Shown: in pieces, positions 30,685 to 39,242 of the stretch
Numbering within the stretch: the first letter of the stretch is position 1
How the letters are laid out: every line of letters starts with the position of its first letter
NCBI GenBank assembly: GCA_004764695.1
Contig: SMSO01000018.1
Span: 1 to 39,242 of the forward strand
Length of the DNA: 39,242 nucleotides
Source: Schizochytrium sp. TIO01
Taxonomy: Eukaryota > Protista > Bigyra: Labyrinthulomycetes
Direction of reading: 5' to 3'
Translations under genes and position numbers: made by a program
The notes under the pieces: generated by a model
Database searches by the model: none
Told to the model about the DNA's origin: nothing
The model's input: the letters and a program-made list of their open reading frames with translations, nothing else

Positions 30685-31649
30685 TCTTTGTACTTTTTGT
30701 ATAAAGTTTTTTCTTTTTCCTTTTTATTATTTTTTATTGTTGGTGACTCCCGGTAGTCTGGATTGGTTTGTTGTTTTAGGATGAAGTTCTTTTTGATATT
30801 ACAAGGGCAAGGAACATGGGTTGTTAGTGGGTTGGTTGAGGAAACAGTAGGCTAGTTTGAAATGAGAACTAAGTTGATAGGGTGTTGCATAGAGTTTGTT
30901 ATGGAAAGAATGGTGGGGCATATGAATGGAGAGTAAGTACATGGTTGGGAAGGCGATTCGGAGTGATAGAGTTTAGATAAAGAAACGCGATAGTGATGAA
31001 GTAGAAAGGAGATTCCATTAGTTCTTGCTATACTCTATAGAGAGTAAGTAAGAAACTGGTGGACCTCCCTTTTTTATTTGTCAGAAGAATGGGTTTTTGA
31101 AGTATTTTCTTAGAGCGACCCCCGGCAATAGTTAGACAAAGCTTGGAAAAGTTGTCTTGGGTTAGCTTGCTGGAGCAAGTAAAAATTAGGCAAGTAATAG
31201 TGCAGAAGTACGGCAAACAATAAGGTTATTAAAGCCTTTCTCCTTTAGATATTGTTTAACAAAATTATACTTACGTGTTACATGGGGTAAACCAGAAGCT
31301 GGAAAAGTTAGAGGGAAACTTTCAAGGGGGAACACTGAGTAAGAAGAAGTTAGTAGAAAGTATAGGAAGGTGGAGAAAAGAAAGAAAGATAAATTATTTG
31401 TTAACGAAAAAGAATGAGTAGATGAGGAAAATTGCAGAGCTTGGTGGAGGAAAAAAAAATGTTTTTCTTTTTTAATATTTTTAAAAATATTATTAGAGAC
31501 TTATATAGACAAAACGTTAAGGAAAGGGCGTTAAAAGTTTTTGAAATAAGTAGTATGGGGAACGGGGGGTACTAGTTGATGGATAGAGGAAATAATAGTA
31601 CGTTTTAAACAGAGAACCGTCGTTAGGTTATTTATAATATTTTTTTATG

Positions 31650-34150
31650 CTTTCTTTTAAATTTAAAGAATTGTTTAAAATGTTTTTAATTTAAAAAAGA
31701 AAGTAAAAATGATGCTATTGAGGGAGTATTTTCTCGACAAGGAGTTGATCGATGATTTTCGGTTTTGGACTACGAGCTAGGCGTCAGTGCGTATGAACAT
31801 TGTAGCAGCCCAAAAGGTAAAAAGTATTTTGATTGATAGCTCAGAAGACCCCTACATCATAGTTAATGCGTTTCTTTTAACTCGCTCTGTCTTTCTCAAT
31901 ATATTATTACTTTGAACAAAGGGGTATTGCATCAACACCAAGAAACTTGAGATCCATAAAAGTGGTACCATTGGACAGGAAATTCAATTTGGCATAGGAT
32001 AGGTGTGCCAGAATTGCAAAATACTGTCGGCAACATCAAATTCGACCCCTACGTAGTTGCCATCTTTTAATTTTCTTTTAAATCTATTTAAAGGTTTTTA
32101 ATTTTAAAAAGAAAGTAAGAATAATGCTATTGAGGGGTTCTTTTCTCGACGAGGAGTTGATCGATGTTTTTCGTTTTTGGACTGCGAGCTAGATTTCGGA
32201 AAGTATGAACATTGTGACAGCCCAAAAGTTAAAAAACATTTTATTAATAGCTCAGAAGACCCCTACATCTTAGTTAAGACGTATCTTTTAACTCGGTCTG
32301 TCTTTCTCAATATACTGTGACTTTGAACAAAGGGATATTTTGTCAACACCAAGAATAGTGAGATCCATAACAATGATATCATTAGATCGGAAATTCAGTT
32401 TGGCATAGAATAGGTGTGTCAGAATTGAAAAATACTCACGGCAACATCGAGTTTGACCCCTACGTAGTTGCCATCTTTTAATTTTCTTTTAAATCTATTT
32501 AAAGGTTTTTAATTTTTAAAAGAAAGTAAGAAAAAGATACTATTGAGGGGGTCTTTTCTCGACAAGGAGTTGATCGATCTTTTTCGTTTTTGGACTGCGA
32601 GCTAGATTTCGGAAATTATGAACATTGTAACTGCACAAAAGTTAAAAAACATTTTATTAATGGCTCAGAAGACCCCTACATCAGAAGACCCCTACATCTT
32701 AGTTAAGACGTTTCTTTTAACTCGGTCTTTCTTTCTCAATATACTGTGACTTTGAACAAAGGGGTATTTTGTCAACACCAGGCAAAAGGAGACCTATGAA
32801 AGTGGTATCATTAGCTTGGAAATTCAATTTGGCATATGATAGGCGTGTCAGAATTGAAAAATACTCTCGGCAACATCGAGTTTGACCCCTACGTAGTTGC
32901 CATCTTTTAATTTTATTTTAAAGCTAACTGAAGGTTTTTAATTTTAAAAAGAAAGTAAGAAAAAAATACTATTTAGGGGGTCTTTTCTCGATGAGGAATC
33001 GATCGATGTTTTTCGTTTTTGAACTACGAGCTAGGATTCGGCATGAATGAACATGGTGACAGCACAAAAGTTAAAAAATATTTTATTAATGGCTCAGAAG
33101 ACCCCTACATCATCCTTATAATGCTTCTTTCAACTCGCTCTGTCTTTCTCAATATACTATTACTTTGAACAAAGGGGTATTTTATCAACACCAAGAAGAG
33201 TGAGATCCATAAAAATGATATGATTAGATCGGAAATTTAATTTTGCATAGAATTGGTGTGCCTGAATTGAAAAGTACTCTCGGCAACATCGAGTTTGACC
33301 CCTACGTAGTTGCCATCTTTTAATTTTCTTTTAAATCTCACTGAAGGTTTTTAATTTTAAAAGAAAGTAAGAAAACATACTATTGAGGGGGTCTTTTCTC
33401 GATGAGGAGTTGATCGATGTTTTTCTTTTTTGAACTACGAGCTAGGATTCGGCAAGTATGAGCGTGGTGACAGCACAAAAGTTAAAAAACATTTTATTAA
33501 TGGCTCAGGAGACCCCTACAGTATAGTTAAGACGTTTCTTTTAACTCGCTCTGTCTTTCTCAATATACTATTACTTTGAACAAAGGGGTATTTTATCAAC
33601 ACCAAGCAAAGAAAGGTCCATAACAAAGGTATCATTGGACAGAAAATTTAATTTTACATAGGATAGGCGTGTCCGAATTGAAAAATACGGTAGGCAACAT
33701 TGAGTTTGACCCCTACGTAGTTGCCATCTTTTAATTTTCTCTTAAATCTAACTGAAGGTTTTTAATTTTTTTAAAAAAAGAAAGTAAGAAAAAATACTAT
33801 TTAGGGGGTCTTTTCTCGATGAGGAATCGATCGATGTTTTTCGTTTTCGGACTACGAGCTAGGGTTCGGAAAGTCTGAATATTGTGACAGCACAAAAGTT
33901 AAAAAACATTTTATTAATGGCTCAGAAGACCCCTACATCATCCTTTTAACGCTTCTTTCAACTCGCTCTGTCTTTCTCAATATACTATTACTTTGCATAA
34001 AGGGGTATTTTGTCAACACAAAGAGAAGTGAGATCCATAAAAATGATATCATTAGATTGGAAATTTAATTTTGCATAGACTAGGCGTGCCAGGATTTAAA
34101 AATACTGTCGGGAACATTGAGTTTGACCCCTACGTAGCTGCCATCTTTTA
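31650..34150. repeat. Subtelomeric tandem array 1: six units of 411-429 bp (LORE-TEARS-like)
   Basis: Anchor GACCCCTACGTAG(T/C)TGCCATCTTTTAA at 32044, 32455, 32884, 33297, 33708, 34125 (spacings 411, 429, 413, 411, 417). One unit has a 16-nt tandem duplication CAGAAGACCCCTACAT (32666-32697). Confidence 0.95.
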
Positions 34151-34494
34151 AAATCATTTTTAATTTAACTGAGAACAAAGAAAGAAAGACATATTTTCTT
34201 GACAACTACTTGAGAAACACATGCTATTTTTTCACCATTCGATCAGAAATTTTATAGAGAGCTGTACTATTAAAGTTCTCAAAAGGAAATCATTCTAAAA
34301 TTATGAGAAAATACCCTTCCAGGTGTTTGGCAGCAGCCTCCCACTTCTTCAAAACCCCTTTCTTCCCACAACTACTTTATTGATCATTTAAAGATTTGGA
34401 TCCGTAGAAAGCGCAAGAAATACAGAATACGGATGATGGCAGGAGTGAGAAAAAACAAATCTTTGAAAGTATTTTTCGAACTTTTAAAAGAAAA

Positions 34495-37400
34495 TGTTAC
34501 TCTTCTATATTATTAATAAGAGAAAAGAACTAAACTTAGTACTGTTATAACTTTCTTGATAAAATTGTAAGGTCTTTTCGACAAGCACCGTCGGGAAGTG
34601 CGTCGTTGTTACCACAGTATAGTTATAATCGTTGCGAGAAAATATCTTTTCAAGCTTGTGAAAAGAAGCTCCTAGTTATCACTTTATTTAAACAAGCAGT
34701 TGATGGATCCTCACAAGGGACAATATTTCATTAACCACTAAAGATACTAATCATCAGGTGGTACCGTTGGAAAGCTGTTCAGATTTACAATAGGCGAGAT
34801 GTGTTTTCTCAGGCGAAATATGTTTAAAATTTATTCTTATTGACCTTTGAATGTTATTTCTTGGTCTCTCATATTATTAATAGGGGGAGGGAACAAGTTT
34901 AGTAGTGTTGTAACTTTATGCATATAATAGATAGAACTTTGCTACAAGCATCGTCGGATAGCTGAATAATAGTTAAAGTGGGTGCATTTGATTTATGAGA
35001 GAAACTCTTCTTTCAAGCCTGAGAAAAGAAGCTCTAAGTTGCCACTCTATTTGTGAGCAGCAAAATGATTAGTATAAGGTTCATTTTCTCAACAACGGGG
35101 AAAGATATTACTCATCAGATGGTACCGTTGGAAAGCTGTTAAGATTTACAATAGGGTAGATGTGTTTTCTCAGGCGAAATATTTTTAAATTTATTTTTAC
35201 TGACCTTTGAAAGTTATTTCTTAATCGCCCATATCAATAATAGGGAGAAAGAACTGAGTTTAGTAGTGCTCTAACTCTATGAATAGAATAGAAAGGACTT
35301 TGCTACAGACATCCCTTGATAGAACACGAATTGTTGAGATGCCCGAATTTGATTTGTGCGAAAACAGACCCTGTCAAGCTTGAGAAAAGAAGCTCCAAGT
35401 TATCATTCTGTTTGTGAGCAGGACAGAGAATTAAATGGTTAGTATAAGATTCATTTTCTTAACAACGGGATAATATATTAATTATTGAAGTGTACCATTG
35501 GAAAGCTGGTTGAATTTACAACAGATTGAATGTGTTTTCTCAGAAAAAAATACTTTAAACATGCATTTGACTGACCTTTAAAAGTTATTTTATTTGTCTC
35601 TCATATTATTAATAGGGGGAAGGAACTGGGTTTAGTAGTGTTGTATCTCTATAAATACAATCGATTGTACTTTTCTACAAACATCATTCGATAGTTTATG
35701 AAGTGTTAAGATGAGTGCATTTGATTTATGAGAAAAAATGTTCTTGCAAGCTGGAGAAAAAAAGCCCCAAGTTGTCACTCTATTTGATAACAAAAGAAAT
35801 AAATAAATGATTAGTATAAGATGCATTTTCTCAACAACGGGGAAATATATAAATCATGGAGTGGTACCGTTGGAAAGCTGGGGCAATTTACAACAGGGTA
35901 GATGTGATTTTTCAGAAAAAATACTTTAAACATATAGATTTACTGGCCTTTGAAAGATTATTTCTTGTGTCTCATATTATTAATAGGGGGATGGAACCGA
36001 GTTTAGTAGTGTTTTAACTCTATGAGTAGATTAAGCAGAACTTTTCTAGAAGCATATTTCGATAGCGCATAAATTGTTGAGATGAGTGCATTTAATTTAT
36101 GAGAAAAAATGTTCTTGCAAGCTTGAGAAAAGAAGCTCTAAGTTGTCACTCTATTTGATAACAAAAGAAATAAATAAATGATTAGTATAAGATGCATTTT
36201 CTCAACAACGGGGAAATATATAAATCATGGAGTGGTACCATTGGAAAGCGGCTTGAAATTAAAACAGGGTAGATGTGATTACTCCGAAAAAATACTTTAA
36301 ACATATAGTTTTACTGACCTTTGAAAGTTTGTTTTTTGTCTCTCATATTATTAATAGGGGGAAGGAACCGAGTTTAGTAGTGTTATAACTCTATGAGTAG
36401 AGTAAGCAGAACTTTTCTAGAAAAATCATTCGTTGGCCCATTACTTGTTGAGATGGCAGCATTTGATTTATGAGAGAAAAGCTTCTTGCAAGCTTGAGAA
36501 AAGAAGCTCTAAGTTGTCACTCTATTTGATAACAAAAGAAAGAATAAAATGATTAGTATAAGATGCATTTCTCAATAATGAAGCAATTTATTAATCATGG
36601 TGTGATACCATTGGAAAGCTGCTTGAACTTGCAACAGGGTAGATGTGATTTCTCAGAAAAAATACTTTAAACATATAGTTTTACTGACCTTTCAAAGTTT
36701 ACTTTTTTGTCTCTCATATTATTAATAGGGGGAAGGAACCGAGTTTAGTAGTGTTTTAACTCTATGAGTAGAGTAAGCAAAACTTTTCTAGAAGAATCAT
36801 TCGATAGCGCATGAATTGTTGAGATGGTAGCATTTGATTTATGAGAGAAAATCTTTTTTCAAGTTTGAGAAAAAAAGCTCTAAGTTGTTACTCTATTTGT
36901 TGGCAGGATAAAGAATAAAATGATTAGTATAAGATTCATTTTCTCAATAATGAAGCAATATATTAATCATGGAGGGGTACCGTTGGAAAGCTGATGCAAT
37001 TTACCACAGGGTAGATGTGTTTGCTCAGGTGAAATATTCTTTAAATGTGTTTTTACTGACCTTTGAAAGTTTATTTTTGGTCTCTCATATTATTAATAGG
37101 GGGAGGAACCGAGTTTAGTAGTGTTTTAACTCTATGAGTAGAGTATGCAGAACTTTTCTAGAAGAACCACTCGATAGCCCATTACTTGTTAAGATGGCCG
37201 CATTTGATTTATGAGAGAAAAACGTTTTTCAAGTTTGAGAAAAGAAGCTCCAAGTTGATACTCTATTTGTTGGCAGGATAAAGAATAAAATGATTAGTAT
37301 AAGATTCATTTTCTCAACAATGAAGCAATATATTAATCATGGAGGGGTACTGTTGGAAAGCTGATGCAATTTACCACAGGGTAGATGTGTTTGCTCAGGT

Positions 37401-38700
37401 GAAATATTCTTAAAATGTGTTTTTACTGACCTTTGAAAGATATTTCTTAGTTTTTAATATTATTAATAGGGGGAAGGAACTGGGTTTAGTAGTGTTTTAA
37501 CTCTATGAGAAGAGTAAATAGAACTTTTATAGAAGAACCAATCGATAGAAAATTCATTGCTGAGATGCCCGCATTTGATTTATGATTGAAAATCTTTTTT
37601 CAAGTTTGAGTAAAGAAGCTCCAAGTTGATACTCTATTTATTAGCAGGATAAAGGGTAAATTGAATAGTATAAGATTCAATATCTCAACAATGAGATAAT
37701 ATATTAATCATCGAGTGGTACCATTGGGAAGCTGTTTGAATTTACAACAGGGTAGATGTGTTTTTTCAGAGAAAATACTTTTAATATATAGTTTTACTGA
37801 CCTTTGAAAGTTTAATTTTGGTCTCTCATATTATTAATAGGGGGAAGTAACCAAGTTTAGTAGTGTTCTAACTTTATCAATAGAATAGACAGAGCTTTAC
37901 TACAAGCACCATTCGATAGCTGATGACTTGTTAAGATGCGTGTATTCAATTTATGAGAAAAAACATACTTGCAAGCTTGAGAAAAGAAGCTCCAAGTTGT
38001 CACTCTATTTGTGAGTAGGATAAAGAATAAATTGATTAGTATAATATTCATTTTCTCAACAATGAGATAATATGTTAATCATCGAGCGGTACCATTGGAA
38101 AGCTTGAAATATTTACAACAGGGTAGAGGTGCTGGTTCAGAAAAAATGAAATTATGGTTTTGTTTTTATTAACTTTTGAAAGATATTTCTTAGTCTATCC
38201 TATTATTACTAAGGAGAAAGAGCTCAGTTTAGTAGTGTTCTAACTTTATCAATAGAATAGACAGAGCTTTTCTACAAGCACCATTCAATAGTTCATAAAT
38301 TGTTAAGATACGTGTATTTGATTTATGAGAAAAAACATACTTGCAAGCTTGAGAAAAGAAGCTCCAAGTTGTCACTCTATTTGTGAGCAGGATAAAGAAT
38401 AAATTGCTTAGTATAATGTTCATTATCTCAACAATGAGATAATATATTAATCATCCAGTGGTACCATTCGAAAGCTTGAAACATTTACAACCGGGTAGAT
38501 GTGTTCGTTCAAAAAAAATGAAATTATGGTTTTGTTTTTATTAACTTTTGAAAGTTATTTCTTAGTTTCTCATATTACTCATAACCAGAAAAGGGAAACT
38601 TTGTAGTGTCATCACTCTATCAATCAAATAGTTAGTACTTTTCTTCAAGCACCACTAGAATGCTTCACAACTCATCGACGATCAACGTTGAATTATGGTG
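34495..38700. repeat. Subtelomeric tandem array 2: eleven units plus a degenerate partial, ~371-bp period (LORE-TEARS-like)
   Basis: Anchor resembling GGTACC(A/G)TTGGAAAGCT at 34760, 35121, 35491, 35863, 36234, 36604, 36976, 37346, 37717, 38088, 38460 (spacings 361, then 370-372). Confidence 0.95.
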
Positions 38701-38885
38701 AGAGAATAGTTTTACAAATTAGACATATGTACTTCCATCATATTATATGCTATTCTTATTGAAGTCTCCCAGATCCACGAATGTCAGCAGGCGCATAAAA
38801 ACTTTTTATTTTTTAAAATAAAATATTTTCAATTCTTCTTAAAATATTTTTGGTAAAACCATTGATAAATATAATGTATAATAGT

Positions 38886-39242
38886 AGGTTAGGTTAGGTA
38901 AGGTTAGGTAAGGTAAGGTTAGGTAAGGTTAGGTAAGGTTAGGTTAGGTTAGGTTAGGTTAGGTTAGGTTAGGTTAGGTTAGGTTAGGTTAGGTTAGGTT
39001 AGGTTAGGTTAGGTTAGGTTAGGTTAGGTTAGGTTAGGTTAGGTTAGGTTAGGTTAGGTTAGGTTAGGTTAGGTTAGGTTAGGTTAGGTTAGGTTAGGTT
39101 AGGTTAGGTTAGGTTAGGTTAGGTTAGGTTAGGTTAGGTTAGGTTAGGTTAGGTTAGGTTAGGTTAGGTTAGGTTAGGTTAGGTTAGGTTAGGTTAGGTT
39201 AGGTTAGGTTAGGTTAGGTTAGGTTAGGTTAGGTTAGGTTAG
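38886..39242 (+). repeat. Telomere (TTAGG)n, ~71 units, with five TAAGG variants at the proximal edge
   Basis: G-rich pentamer run to the end of the window, preceded by an AT-rich linker. Confidence 0.98.

Noticed and set aside
35632-38423. Three similar 64-aa ORFs in array 2
   Set aside because: Open in only 3 of ~11 units, AT-rich and without recognisable motifs; chance frames in a tandem repeat.

Overview
Right-hand end of a eukaryotic chromosome. The 18S sequence looks like a thraustochytrid (Aurantiochytrium/Schizochytrium-like). In order: (1) a complete 4,489-bp piggyBac-like DNA transposon (2442-6930; 9-bp TIR CCCTGGCTA, ATAA target duplication). Its single 1171-aa ORF is a DDD transposase with a YqaJ/lambda-exonuclease domain and a SAP motif inserted between the 2nd and 3rd catalytic Asp. 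(2) A polyQ/low-complexity protein with a C-terminal winged-helix-like domain. (3) An enoyl-CoA hydratase/isomerase. (4) A 5S rRNA gene on the minus strand. (5) A 17-exon LRR gene that the ORF track misses: 15 tandem 84-nt exons each encode one 28-aa RI-like LRR, hypervariable at the concave-face positions, separated by homologous fold-back introns, one of which carries a captured SWEET-transporter fragment. (6) A single 18S-5.8S-28S unit pointing toward the telomere. (7) Two long tandem-repeat arrays (6 x ~415 bp and ~11 x ~371 bp; LORE-TEARS-like) that share a 46-bp core. (8) A (TTAGG)n telomere. The best candidates for new biology are the exonuclease-carrying piggyBac-like element and the shuffle-ready LRR cassette gene. 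All calls are from reading the sequence by eye; no searches were run.
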